A stretch of DNA of 64,000 bases, taken from contig JALMLS010000612.1 in NCBI GenBank assembly GCA_038496445.1, forward strand, positions 620,001-684,000, given 5' to 3'. This stretch comes from Trichosphaerium sp. ATCC 40318. Taxonomy: Eukaryota > Protista > Tubulinea. The position numbers were made by a program, and so were the translations under genes. The notes under the pieces are model-generated. The model saw only the letters and a list, made by a program, of their open reading frames with translations. It was not told the origin of the DNA and did no database searches. Of this stretch, positions 1 to 13,418 are shown piece after piece (positions within the stretch are counted from its first letter, which is position 1; every line of letters begins with the position of its first letter).

Positions 1-1224
1 CTAACGAAAGAGGTATGCACACATCCACAAAATTGTTGGAGATTTTAACAAAAGGAAGGTAACTGACCTTGAGGCCAAAAAAACAGGTTTGCAGAGCGAG
101 ATTGAACAAACCAAAATAGCAGCTCAAAAGGTATGGGGTAGCTACATACAGAGTTTTTTTGTACATGACATTCGGTAGGAAATTGATGTGGAGAAAACTA
201 AGCTCGCTCTAGAACAAAGTAAACTTGACAAGGCCAAAGCACAATTCAATGAGCTCTCAAAGACTCAATGTGCCACTATAAAGGTGCAAGTTGGCGATAT
301 AGTTTTCACGACTACCCCAAAGACCCTCAAACGCGAACCAGAGTCATTAATCGCCACAGCTGTACCTGTAAACAAATCTTCGTCGACGTCTGTTTTCTTT
401 GATCGGTACGCATAGTCCCAACGAAGTTCACGTGGCCATTTCTTCTTTTGTGTCAACTTTTTTAATGTGATTGTAGTGACCCTAAGATGTTTGAACCTGT
501 ATTGGTATACTTGAGGGACGGTGTTGTTGAGAAACCGACCAAAGTTTCAACTAAGGCACTTGAACGTGAGTTTAAGTTCTATGGTCTTGAAAAAGCTATC
601 ACTTTGCTGAAGGCACTACCAAAGGAGCCATTTGAGAAGCCAAACGATGGTGTGGCTTCTGCGTTAGCTTCATTAAGTGACCTTGTGAAAGCTCAAGCTC
701 TACCGACAAGGAACTATAGTAAGTTCATCAGTAGCTGATCTTGTTAACATCATGTTGGCTTTGGTTTCTGTTGCTTCAGTTGCAATACCAAACGGATACT
801 ATAACACCAGCCATAACTATACTAATGCAATCAATGGTAACACTGTGGGATTTGGGACTAAGAGTGGCCCTTCAACTGTTACATTTACATTGTCAAAGGA
901 GTGTATTCTTGCTCATGTAGTCGTTGGGGTATGCTATTTTCTTTTGTTTGTCTAATTTCGTTTACAAGGTTTCAATAAAGTGCAAGGTGGTTGGGGTTCT
1001 TCTTATCTAAACGGAGCAAGTTGGACTTTTAAGGGTGCAAATGGTACCGTAACGAGAAATATTCCAAACCAGGTACGAAGTCCTACGATTTTTTATGTAA
1101 AATGACATTTATTCAGCAAATTATGCCAATATCAAATGTATTCTCTGTTGCTTGTAAAACAAAAAGTATAACCGTAAGCAAACAATCATACTTTGCTTTT
1201 GGCTACATACTCTTCTTTGAGTGA
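1..1224 (+). CDS. Coiled-coil + BTB/POZ (KCTD/T1-type) domain protein, 5'-partial, multi-exon
   Basis: IKVQVGDIVFTTTPKTLKREPESL...VFFDR|DPKMFEPVLVYLRDG...LEREFKFYGL is a T1-type BTB signature joined across GT-AG introns. Last exon ends GYILFFE-TGA. Confidence 0.8.
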
Positions 1225-1779
1225 GTAAAAGGGCATGACAGTAAAAGAAGAGTGGAACAATCACAACTTAGTGCTTTATGTAAATAAAGTTTATTTTTGA
1301 AACTAGTGTAATGAGTTAAAAGAGTTTTTATTCAAAGCGTGACCAGCTTGAAGCTTCTAAGATCACTTCAACTTTAACCCAAAAAAACAGCCAGTGTTAA
1401 TGAACGCACAAAGTATAGGCGTAGAGTGTCATGGCGAAGTGTACCAAAAAAACAAAACATATTTTCAAATGTATTGGTTTAAAAAAAACAAACTGCAAAT
1501 GTTGTTCCTTACACAACGACTGGTGCATCCTTGAGGAAAATAGACATTGCTGTAATACGTATCCTTCGTATAAACGAGATCGGGAATAAAGGGAGGTAGT
1601 TTTATGGCGCCTACGTGTTAATAATAAAATGAGAATAGAAGTTTTTGGTTTTTTTTGGATAAATTTTTTACTTTTTTCGTATTGTTAAACAGGTACAAGG
1701 TGTTCTTCTTCTTATTCGAGGGGCAAACATATCAGCCAAGGATAGTAAATACATTTGTCTTTGAGATATCTATTATTAT

Positions 1780-3306
1780 TTATCCTGGTCTACTCAATCT
1801 TGCACGTAACTCATCCATAGGATTAGTAGGCCTTGCTGGAGGACGGGATGCGCCTATTACAAAATAGTTTAAAAAAAAGCAGGAATACGAATTTCATCGC
1901 GTTTAAAAGATGACTTGAAAACCAATAAGTATTTGCGTACCACCTGGCCTTCCGCCACCGCCGCTTCCGCCACTTACACCCTGACCTGGCGTGACTTTCT
2001 TTAAGCCCGATTTATTATTTTGCCGAATTTGAGATAATAGACCTCCTCTGCCAGCAGCTGATGGTGGTTTTCCACCGCCTCGTGGTGGGGATGGTGCTGA
2101 AGGAGCAGCAGGTGGAGGTGGCGGTCCTGGTGGTCCTAAAAAATATGAGACGGGTCACATTAAGAAAAACGGTAAAAGAAAATGTACCTCCACCCATTTT
2201 AGGAGGTCTAGCTGGTGGCGCTCGAGCGCCGCCTGGTGGTCCTGGAGGTCCTGGTCTGCCACCTGGGGGTCCTGGTGGACCGGGTCTGCCACCTGGAGGT
2301 CCTGGTGGCCCAGGTCTGCCACTTGGAGGGCCTGGAGGTCGTGGTCCGCCTGGTGGGCCCGGTGGTCCTGGTCGACCGCTTGGTGGTCCTGGTGGTCGTG
2401 GTCCGCCTGGTGGACCTGGAGGTCCTGGTCTTGGCATGCCCATTGGTGGACCTGGTGGTCTTGGGCCACCTGGGGGTCCTGGTGGTCCGCCGCTCATTGG
2501 TGGAGGCCTAGGCGAGCCTTGCATACCCATTGAAGGACCAGGAGGTCTAGCACCACCTAAGATTTATTAATAAGAAAACACACGAACAAGGTCTTAGAAA
2601 GCCTATTTCATATCAAATACAAAATCGAAAGAAGCCAGGCAAGGCTTTTTTTACTGTTTTAATTTCTAAACGGCTTTTTACAACTATTGTGCGATAAAGG
2701 TATTTATGAATGCAATGGAGTGACGTAAGTAAGTTGACAAAATAAGCACGTGCGCCAAAAAAATCAAAAAAAAAAATAAAGCGTTTTAGAAATCACAACA
2801 GTTGAGTTTTTACTGCTGGTATGTATTTGCATAGAGCTGCAACAATACATCCTTCATTTTTGAAAATAAAAAGAGCTAAAACAAAAAGAAAAAAACCTAA
2901 GGCAAAGTAAGCCTTCTAGGTCCAATTGCCGTTGAGGTTTTCAACCAAAGACAAAAAGTAAAAGGAAAAAAAGGTGTGTTGATCATTATACATCTACACG
3001 TTGTTGTACATACCTGCACTAGGCATTGGTGGCGGTGGTGGAACAGCTCCGCCGCTGACCGGAGGTGCTGGCGCGGGAGGAGCGTTAGAAGCTACAGGGG
3101 GTGCGCCTAGGATTACGTTAATTTTGGCGTGGGTTTCATCGTTGTTTTATTTTATTATTTTAGCGTCGTTATTGGTTTAGCCACGCTAGCTACTTTTACA
3201 CAATAACAAGCAAGCCGTATAACAAAGCAAATCAAATAAGAAGCCAAAAAAAAAAAAAAAACAGCAGAATTTTAAAAACAGGACGAACCGCTTGAACCAC
3301 CCACAT
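1780..3306 (-). CDS. Proline/glycine-rich WH2-domain actin regulator (WIP/verprolin- or VASP-like)
   Basis: Spliced model: MWGGSSG-APPVASNAPP...-(GPPGPPGGPRPP)n-...GRGGLLSQIRQNNKSGLKKV (WH2)...PTNPMDELRARLSRPG*. Confidence 0.75.
2225..2490 (-). repeat. Coding tandem repeat encoding (GPPGPPGG[P]R[P]P)n
   Basis: Repeated ggtcctggtgg/ccacctgg units. These also generate the overlapping antisense ORFs. Confidence 0.85.
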
Positions 3307-5383
3307 CGTCTACAAAAGGTACATCTGCTGGTTCTGTACCTGAACTAGAACCACTAGGGTATGTTTTCTGCCCTCCTGTGAAACTAGGCGGTGGAGGTAA
3401 CTCTGATAAAGGTTTGAAGGACCAGTTACGCGACATATAATGTTTACCAAAATAAAGGACTGAAGGGCTTTTATATTGGTTTGCCGCGGGCTGTTGTTGT
3501 TAATGTCGCTGGCACCTATCGTTTGTGGTCTACAGTGCACAACTTTGTATCATAAATAATTTTCTTATCTGCTCTTTACAGTTTGTTTATTGTACACCAC
3601 ACCTATTGTTAAACAAGAATAAAGCGGTGCGTTTAAGATGGGTAAAGGCTAGGCAGATATTTATAGAGATTTGTTGGTAACACCCTCTCTACTACCACGT
3701 GAGTGTATACATGCAATATCCGGACATATTACGTAAATTGGGTTGGTTTTTTAAGAAAGGACACCTCAAAAACGACAATAACACTTGTTTGTCGCATCAA
3801 GATAATATTAATCACGTGACTGACGAGATGAATTGCCATTTTTTCATAAGTTCAAAAAGGGTTGACACTAGGTAAAGGAACGTAACGTAGAGATCAAGGG
3901 CGTTTATCTGAAACTTGTATTCATGCATGTTTACCATAAACCAAAACCGAAGTACTAAATGCACCATTCCAAAAGGTACGAATACAATTGCATTAGAGGT
4001 ATCTAGACAAACTGCTTTGTGAAGCAATGCATATGTGCGTATTACAATTCTTGAACGAGTGACGAAGGTTGTCTTACTTCCAATTAATAGTAACAATAGG
4101 TCATGTCAGCGCAAAGTACCACTTACAACTTGAGGAATCACAAGCCATAAATACAAAAACAGTTTGCCAAAATTAGAGTCTTAGGTCACTCGCCAGCATG
4201 AAATTTTTCGTGGTTAATGTGTCCGTTGTGAAAAAACCAAAAAGGTGATTGAGTCCGTGCCTGACTTTGTGTTCCCACCCTTAAGAATGAGGAGTTATTA
4301 GGGTGAGACACTTGACACTCTTCAAATTGATGTCGTGCTAATTGTAGCGACGACTTGCATATTCTTGAGATGTGTCTGTATCTAGGCATGTTTTGGACAT
4401 TGGAGCACCGTGTGAAGATTTTATTGACAAGAGCCTGCATGTCTCCGGATTGTAGTCAGCGATATCATTTATCATAGGTTTTAGTTGATAGTTTTTAAGG
4501 GCAGCGTAATTAGAAAGTAAGCCGCCCTAAAAGTCTATATAGTTGATACGCTAATCCGAGACTTCAGTGCTAATGCACGGGTCTTCGAATTAAGAATGTT
4601 GTTATTGTGGTTTTATAATTGCGTCTTTTGGAATTTTTTTTATTGTGGTACTAAGTGTAGATAGTATAGAGTATGTATGCGTTGTTTGGAATGAATTTGA
4701 AAGAGTTTGTTTAGGTAACACAAAAAAAAACACTAAAAACAGAAAACCATTCCTACTTTCTGAAAATTGATGGGAATGTCGTTATATTCTTGTCGTAGTG
4801 TTTGCCACCACTTATTGATACTTTTACACTAGTTTGGTAACACTTTTTTGTTGTGTACAAAGCTAAAACGCTCTAAAACGTTTGTCTACGCTCAAAAATA
4901 CTCCAAAACAGCGTTTTAGACTATTTACGAAGAAGCTCTGCAACCTGGCAACATTGTCTCTACCCTCTAGAATCTCATTGTAACTGCCGCATTAACATCA
5001 ACTCTGTTAGTTTTACCATAACGACGTATTTAACAAATAGTTGACACCTTTTCGATGAAAATAAAAAGTTATTCTACTGATTGTACAATGCCTGCACTAA
5101 TTTGTTCGTGTTAGTCACTCGTTTAGAATTGTAGAGGCTATGTCATCCAAGCTACAAATTGTAACGGTTCTTGTCAGTTTTCTGTTCTACTAGCAACTCA
5201 ACTTATTGTTTTACTCGCGCAGAAACAAAGCGCATGTAAATCTTTTTTTTGAAGTTTGCAGTCTCTACAAACCCAACTCGTCACTTGTGATATTTTAAAG
5301 CACGTGCAAGCTCAATAAATAAACTGTGTTGGCGTAAACGTTTTATTTGGTTTAAAAATACTTTTGGGGTAAAGTGACAATGT

Positions 5384-8300
5384 TTACATTTTGTCGAGGA
5401 AGTTCTCGAGACCAGGAACGAACTCTTTCAAGCCCTTTCTTGCGCGAGTCTTCTTAACGATTTCACCGACCTTGGTGGAGTAATCCAAAGGATCTCCTCC
5501 AATCTTTTGCCAGTGATCGAACACACATTGTGGGAAAGCTTGTCCACCGGTGTGGGAACGCAAATCAGCGGTGAATCCGAATGATTCCATGACAGGCAAG
5601 TAAGCCTTTACCATGTACAATGGAGTACCGACCTTTTGTTCTTCAGCGAAGACGTGACCACGACGACGATTCAATACACCGTAGATACCACCCATAGCGG
5701 TATCAGGGGTTTGGATCTCTACGAGGTAGACAGGTTCCAAAAGAGTTGGTTTGCTGACCAATTGGCAAGCGTAGAAAGCACGACGACTAAAGAAAAATGG
5801 TAAGAATAGATCATCGAATAACAATAACAAAAAAAGAATTCGTACGCAGTTGGGATGATTTGACCACCACCTCTGTGAATAGCATCAGAGTGAAGGGTGA
5901 CGTCGAGGACGTTCATGCGGACACCGCGCATGTTTTCTTCGCAGAGAATACCTTCCTTGGTAGCCCATTGGAAAGCGGCATCGCAAGAATCTTTGATTTC
6001 GTTAAGGTATTGGCAACCCTTAATAGAGGAGTAAGTAAAAGCGAACCAAACACAAGAAAACAAAATAACGTACCTTTGTGGTATCGACCAAAAAGTTAGG
6101 TCCCTTGGCGTTAGGTCCGAAACACCAGATTTTACGTGCATCAGCAACGTCGAATTTGAACTCATCAGCGAGGTAACGGGCTCTGAGTTTGACATCGTCA
6201 CGAGCGGTACATTTACCATCACCAATAGCCTCAGCGAGACCCTCAGGAAGAGGCTCACCAGACATAAATAGACGGTTGTGTTTGTTAGGGGACTTGGCGA
6301 GACAGGTTCTCTCGGTATCCTCAGTGACGGTTTCTCTGTATGATACAACAGGGTCGGAGGTCTAATAAAAACGTAAGAAGAAAATCGAATTATGAACTAG
6401 AAACCAAGAAAATTCAGTTAAAAAAACGTTAAGCGTACCTTCAATGGAACACCACAGTATTCTTCTTGGAGATCCTTCAAGCAAATTTCAAGATGAAGTT
6501 CACCGGCACCAGCAACGATGTGCTCACCAGATTCTTCAATGGAGATGGATACCAAAGGATCAGATTTGGACAAACGTTTCAAACCTTCTACCAATTTTGG
6601 CAAGTCAGATGGGTTCTTTGGCTCAACAGCGACACGGACGACAGCGGAGACGGAGAACTTCATCATACGCATGTTGTGGGTGGTGTCAGCATCAGTAATG
6701 GTAGCAGACTTGAGGATGAATTGATCAACACCAACAAGACCGACTGTGTTACCAGCAGGTACATCAGGGATAGGTTCTACGTAACGGCCCATCATGAGAA
6801 CAGTACGTTGGATGTTCTTGATGAACATATCGCTCTATAATAAAGTTAGCAAGGATTTAAGAAAGGCAGTAGAACGTGAAATGCAGTAGTACCTTAGAAC
6901 CAGGCTTGTAGTCAGGTCCTTGAATTCTGACCTTTTGTCCAGATTTTACAGTTCCAGAGAAGACACGTCCGAAAGCGTAGAAACGACCTTTATCATTGGT
7001 AGGTACCATCTTGGATACGTACAATACGAGAGGAGCTGCAGGGTCGCAGTTAGCGATACCTTGACCAGCCTAACAAATTATAAGAAAACACCTTTCGCAA
7101 ATAAAAGCACCGAAACAAAAAAAAAAAACAAAAAACGAATGCGTACAGCGTCATCAGCAGGTCCAGTGTAAAGTGTGTTGACACGGTACTTTTGGGCCTT
7201 TACTGGGGATGGCAAGTGAACGACCAACATCTCTAGTAGTGCCTCAGCGGCAGGCAAAAATTTTCTCATGACAGTCTTCAAGAGAGGTTTGTCGGTGAGA
7301 GCGCGCTCTTCGGTTTTGAGACGGATGTCGAGGGCCTTGAGCATTTTGTTGTATTTTTCCTTGTTTCCCTTCATGATAGCATCGAAGAGTGTGTAGATAG
7401 GCTTCAAAACGAATTGGCAGAAAGTACGCTTGAGGGCAGCACCGTCAGCGGTGTAAGCTTTTTTGGTCCATTTCTTGGCCTTGGCGTTAAAGTAGTTGTC
7501 GCCCCACAATTTGGTCATCAATTTTTCCTACAAAAAAATCGTCAGAAATCGTGACGTGGTAACATAAATTAATCTGCTGAAAACGTACTCTTTGTACACC
7601 GAATTTTTTGGAGTACATATCGGCGAATTTGGTGAGGGTGAAACCCCAACCGTGGAGGCCTGATCCGAAAGCGACGGTACCCTAAAAAAAATTATGTGAG
7701 CGAGACTTCGAGACAAAAAAAAAAAAGTTCTCTCGTGTAGAAAAGTTTTTGTTCGCGGTTACGTACTTTTGATGGGTATACTTGTACGTCACCGAATTGT
7801 TCATCGAAATACGTGGCAATAACTACGTTGGTTGACTCGATGGTTCTTTGGAGGGACTAGTAAAACAAAAAATAAGGGTGGGAACTATAGAAGAAAAATC
7901 AATAAAACGTACTTGGTAGCAAGCTTCAGTGTCTAATTGAAGTTCCAACAATTGTCTGTCCATCTTGTTGACCATAAGGACAGGTACAATACGTTCGCCA
8001 AGAGCTTGACGCAATACAGTTTCTGTTTGTACACAAACACCGCTGATGGAGTCGACGACAACGAGGGCACCATCGGAAACACGGAGAGCGGCAGTAACTT
8101 CGGAAGAAAAGTCAACGTGCCCCGGCGAATCGATCAAGTTGATCAAGAAAGCGTTTGAGCCTTCACGGAGTTCCTCAGTGAGTTTTTCCTTTGGGAGCTC
8201 GTAGTAAAGTGAAACACCAGTAGATTTGATAGTGATGCATCTATCTTGCTCGTCCTGGCGTGTATCGGTAAATCTGGTCTCTCCAGCCTTTGCACCAGCA

Positions 8301-8542
8301 ATAATACCAGCGGCGGCGATGAGAGAATCGGTCAAAGTAGATTTGCCGTGATCGACGCTGGTAGTTTGTAAAGGAGCTTAAAAGTGAAAAAAATGGTTTA
8401 AAGTAAGGTCGCAGAAGGATACTGAGCAATAACACACATGTTTCTGATGTTATTACGTCTGTCCATAATTTCGCGGATCTGTTCGACTGTAAAGTTGACC
8501 TGCAGGTGTTAGAGGCCATAGCGACGCGTAGTGGTTTACCAT
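5384..8542 (-). CDS. EEF2: Translation elongation factor 2
   Basis: M|[26 protein letters not shown]|[46 protein letters not shown] (diphthamide loop), [13 protein letters not shown]. The first coding exon is only the ATG. Confidence 0.98.
8358..8422 (-). other. U12-type (minor spliceosome) GT-AG intron in eEF2, 65 nt, phase 2
   Basis: 5' splice site GTATCCTT, branch TCCTTTAC (8375-8368) about 10 nt before the CAG acceptor. Removal restores the invariant IAHVDHGKS motif. Confidence 0.88.
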
Positions 8543-8663
8543 TTTGAGTGTGCTGTGTGGTTCTTCCGGTGGAGCTCGCGGATAAAACTGTTAAGGAAAC
8601 AGGAAATTTGTTAGAATTCGCAAAAAAAAAAACACGGTAAATGCGGCACTTAACCAGTTTATT

Positions 8664-10671
8664 TTACAATTTTTTTGGCGTTAACACGCATTGGTTTGCG
8701 CTAACAAGCGAATCGCGAGCCTTTCTGAACAGTTGTGGCTGTTTCATGATTTTTAGCCAAGGTTTGCTTCCAATTTGCTTCTTCTGGCACCATTGTGGCG
8801 CTAGTTCGATCAAAAGTTCAATTTGAGACGTAACCTCGTCTACAGAAATAAGTGTTAATAACAAAAAATTGTAACCACAATTATTACCATCTCCAATAGG
8901 TGATCTGTACGAGGACGTTATGTGCGAAATTACTTTGTCCATAGGCATAATAGACTTCCCAATGCTAGTGTACTTCTCCCAAAGCATGTCACAAAGCGTG
9001 GGGAGCCTTTGTATGAGGTACCTACAGAATAGTAAAAAAAGTCGTAAAGTTCAGAACCGTTGTTTGCGCACCTACGCGCCCTCTCAGCGCGTTGTCCTTC
9101 CATTTCCTTGTTACTTTTCTCATTGAAACGCGCCTGGTGAGCATTGTTACGAAACTTGCCAAAAATCGCACAAAAAAATAATCAGAGTTGCGTACTTCGA
9201 AAATAAGCTTCGTGTCTACGCTAGCGAGCGCAGGTTGAACTTTTTTGCCGAGTATTTTTGTATTCTTCTTTCCAGCCTTTCCTTCCTCGATTTTGAGCTT
9301 TTTGAACGCGTTCCACGCTTCGTTTCTATTTCGTCGCTTGACAAATTCCGGGTGGTCGGGTCCAGCAATCAGTAATTCCAGTTCTTCTTTTGTACTATTG
9401 TGCAGTGAGTAGAGTGCAGTAATGTTGTAACGAATAGAAATTGTAGAGTGTGCGTACATAATGCCCACTTTACCTCCATGTTCTTCTGTTGGCTCAGGCG
9501 GTAGTGGCGTGCGTGGCGGGTCTGGCACAGCGCTTAGTTTGAATTCTGAATGCCACGCTCGTAGTGGAGCCTCTGCAAGGTGATTTGGCAGATTTAATTT
9601 GTGTAAAAACGCTTTGTGGTGCCCTTTGACAATGTTGAAAAGGCGTGCGTAAAAGGTACCGCGTCTCACACGTGACTACGCGTTGGTTAATGTCGTCTGG
9701 TAAAACTAATTTTGGGTACCTTTTTGGCGAATTCTAAGGGCTCGGCTCTGCATATTGGAGCGTCAATTACAAGTTCGAGAACAGGTTTGGCGTCTCTGCT
9801 GTTGTTGACTTTTGTCCAAGATAGAGTGTACGCCTCTGGCCATACACCGAGAATATGTTCTAGCGTCTCAGCAGAGAATCGCCTTTTGCTGATGCGTTCT
9901 ATTTGGTCGAAGATATTTTGGAAGGTACAAAGCTTAGTGCCACGGTGATATCCTACGTGTCTGTTAGCCACAGTATGTTAGATTATGGATCTAGGGTTCC
10001 TTTGTGGTTACGTGCCAAGTACAGTTTCAATTGCTTGGAATACGGATACCAAGTGTTTATAAGAAGCGGGAAGTGGCAAGTAATTTGTTCCTGAAAATGG
10101 ATTGACATTCTGTCTTATGTGTCAACCAAAACTCGGATATTTAATCTGTACGTACGCGAGAGTTGTTGTGTAGCTCCCTGAATACTTGATTACCAAGTGG
10201 TTTTGGTTTAGGTTTTTTTGTTGGGTTTTGGCGCCTTGTTTTTGAAATTCGCGCTGGTTTCCGTTTGGATAGTTGGATAGGTCGTTTTTTTACAATAGGT
10301 TTTGGTGTTGGTGTAGCATCTGTCATAATGGTGTCTTCTACAGTGGATTTTGGAGGTATTTTTTGCATTGGCTTTTTAAATTCTTTGGAGGGTTTGTTTT
10401 CGCTAACTGCAATCCTCCTTCGCGTTGTCGTACGCTTCTTTATCTTTATAACTTTTTTACGTCTTATTGGAGCCTGTTTAGGCGCGTGGGTTGTTTTGCG
10501 TTTCTTGGAAGGCTTAGTTTGCGTATTTACGCTCGGTTCGATAGTATCGTCATTTATCCGTTTTCTTTTCTACAATGGCGTTACGACGTAATTTGTTATG
10601 TGTAATCTTACAGCACGAAGTGATCGCTGAGTTTGTTGGCGCGTTGATGCGCGCGTAACTCTTGTAGACAT
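8664..10671 (-). CDS. CDT1: DNA replication licensing factor Cdt1
   Basis: LPASYKHLVSVFQAIET, TFQNIFDQIERISKRRFSAETLEHILGVWPEAY, FYARLFNIVKGHHKAFL...WHSEFKLSAVPD, and a C-terminal winged helix IELLIELAPQWC. Basic disordered N-terminus. Confidence 0.85.
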
Positions 10672-11151
10672 TGAGTGGTGCTGTTGGGTTATAGGTAGTG
10701 AGACTGTTAACAGTTGTACTTGTGGCTTTTTAGCACTGTAGATAAGTTAGCTCGTTAAGCTGCTGTACCCAGGTCTCCGCAATAGGTACGTACAACATGT
10801 GACAAATGCATAGTTGCTCGTTGTGTCGAATTGGTGTTGACATTTTACAATAGTTATACATTGGTTTGAAAAAGAGTTAGTAGTGGTCTAAACGTTGTTT
10901 TAATGACAGACGCGGCGAAACTAAGCGGTACAGTGGTGTATTGCATGTGTGTTGCTGGGGATCCTCCAACCCGCGCATACGTACCTCTAAATACTACATT
11001 TACTATTTCATCGCTTATTCCTACCATTGTACACTACTTTCAAACAAAACTAGCAATTGAAGGTAATTAAATTGTAAAATAAGTACCTAACCGGATAGTA
11101 GTACCAAAGCAAGTTAGTGTCAAGGTGAATGATGTTTACGCTCACAACGAA

Positions 11152-12286
11152 ATGACACTTAAAGATGTACACGCAGATATTATGCGCATAAAGATAGAGT
11201 TAGTAGATAACAGTCCACGACCTGAGCCTTCTATGCAACGAGAAATATCAAGCAAGAATCCGTTGGCTGCATATAGCACACAAGAAGTTCTTGTAAGGCA
11301 AAAACTAGCGGCAGCGTATAGACTTTTTGATAAATTTGGATGGTATTATCACGTGCAAACACGGCGCTTTTGTTGTTTACTAAAAAAATTCTTATAGGAC
11401 AGATCTCATATACAATCATCTTACAGCTGCTGTTCCTGGTGAACCAGGACATTTCTTGATCAATCCTTTTGGGTTACTCTTCAGTGAGATTACTGCGTCA
11501 AATCTAGTTAAGGTAAAATAGTGTTATGTAGTATTTTCTTAACAATAGTTAAAGGTAGACTTGGAAGGTAATGTTGTAGATCAGGGTACTACCGCTTATA
11601 ATATAAACAAAGCTGGGTATAGGAGGGTTTGTCAAAATTGATTGTAACGATGACGTAGGTATGTAATACATAGTGCAATACACGAATCCAGTGATGACAT
11701 AAAAGCAGTTATGCATTGCCACGCAAGTTGTGGTGCGTTTAACGACACATTTTTTTTAATTCGTTTTCTAACTTCATTGTAGGTGTTGCAGTGGCTTGCA
11801 ATAAAGATGGACTGCTACCAATATGCCAAAATGCTGCTTTAGTTCATGGAAATGTAGCTTACCATGACTTCGAGGGGATTGCTATTCGTGAGGGTGAAAA
11901 AGAGCGACTTGTTAAAGATTTGGGTGCTAAAAAGGTAAACGCGAAACTTTGATGCTTTCTTGCACTTACTTCAATACTAGATTATGATTTTACGGCATCA
12001 TGGGCTACTTACTTGTGGCAGTTCAGTAGAAGAATCATTTTACAATATGTATATGATTATACGTGCTTGTGAAATTCAAGTGATGGCTATGTCTCATGGA
12101 CCTGAAAATGTAACACAACCTCCTCAAGAAACCATCGCTTTTAGCGAGAAGGTACATAGCACAATGCACAAAGAAGGTATGTCACAAGTTTCCATATAGT
12201 GCGTACTAATAATACGTTTAGGTATTGGAAAAAGAGAGTTCGCTGCTCTGTTGAGAGGACTAGTAGATAAATCTTATCTTTCATAA
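11152..12286 (+). CDS. Class II aldolase/adducin N-terminal domain protein
   Basis: RQKLAAAYRLFDKFGW|TDLIYNHLT, FLINPFGLLFSEITASNLVKVD, IHSAIH, MHCH, ILRHHGLLTCG, RACEIQV. Start codon uncertain. Confidence 0.9.
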
Positions 12287-12295
12287 TTAAGAGTT

Positions 12296-13309
12296 TCAAC
12301 ATTTTTTTATTTTATCAAAGTCAATATCTATACCAACAGGGCAATGGTCAGAACCTATGATATCACCACTGATCCAACTATCAGAAACACAGTCTATGAT
12401 TTCTTTATCTACAAAGATAAGGTCCAACCGCCAACCCTATTAAATTTTAGACTTCAGTTTTGAATATCTTTTTTGGTACCTTATCCTTTTCTCTATCTTT
12501 TGGATATACCCAATACGAATAATCTCGTTTATTGCCATGAAAGTGTCGATACGTATCAACTAGGCCCACATCATGTAGGCGTGCAATACCAGCTCTTTCA
12601 CTCTTTGTAAAACCTGCCGAGCCAGCAATAGTTACTGGATCGTGTACATCAAACTCCTACATAAAAACACTATTAACAAACGATCTCTAACAAAAAAACG
12701 CGTACAGATTGCGCTGTGTTGAAGTCACCAACGGCTACAATTGGTTTTCCTGTCTTGGTTCTCATCTTTACAACGTGATCAGCCATTGCTTGGTCCCATT
12801 TCTCCCGAAGAGTTAAATTCTTTAATACACCAGTGTATCCTGTGCTTGGGTTATATGTATTGATCAACACGACTAGATGACAGCATTAACCCACTTGTTT
12901 TTTGCAACGACAAGTAAAAAAGTTGTACTTTTATCGTATTCGCACGTGATAACTCGTCCTTCTGTTGTTCTTTCATTGTTGACATAAAAATCAGTTGACA
13001 CATTTATTGGGTCATCTTTTGACATTACCAAAGTGCCAGCGTAACCCTTTTGAAAGGTTGAGTGTCAGATTGTTTTTTTATATGGCCGAAGCGTACTTTC
13101 TTCTCTGCTGAGTTCCAGTGATGTGAATACGTTGAAAACTCCTCACTGAACTTGTCAAACTTCACTTGGTCTGCCATTGCTTTTACTTCTTGCAAACATA
13201 CGATATCTGGCGATTTACAGCGTGTAGATTGCCATACAGGCTGAAAGCCTGATGTTTTTTTTAGACAGGCACGTACTCCATTGACGTTCCAGCTTAGGAT
13301 GCGCCTCAT
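12296..13309 (-). CDS. APEX1: AP endonuclease / exodeoxyribonuclease III family
   Basis: [58 protein letters not shown]. Confidence 0.88.
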
Positions 13310-13418
13310 GATTTATACGCGATTTATGCTAGAACAATGGCTGGTAAAAATCGACATTTCGAGAAAAAGGCAATTACTTTTTTTTGACTTTTTTGATCAT
13401 TGTTTTAACGTCGTCTAA

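Noticed and set aside
1559-1566. GTATCCTT in a spacer
   Set aside because: Intergenic, with no exon context or U12 branch site.
2061-2570. + strand G/P-rich ORFs and the off-frame QDHQ ORF
   Set aside because: Antisense or alternate-frame shadows of the WH2 gene's repeat. Not collagen, because there is no sustained Gly-X-Y register.
3550-5300. Short ORFs (3812-4096, 4186-4440) in the long spacer
   Set aside because: No recognisable motifs or splice-consistent model. No tRNA, terminal inverted repeats or transposase seen.
10905-10925. E2F-like GCGGCGAAA upstream of Cdt1
   Set aside because: Biologically plausible but an imperfect single match, so not supportable from sequence alone.
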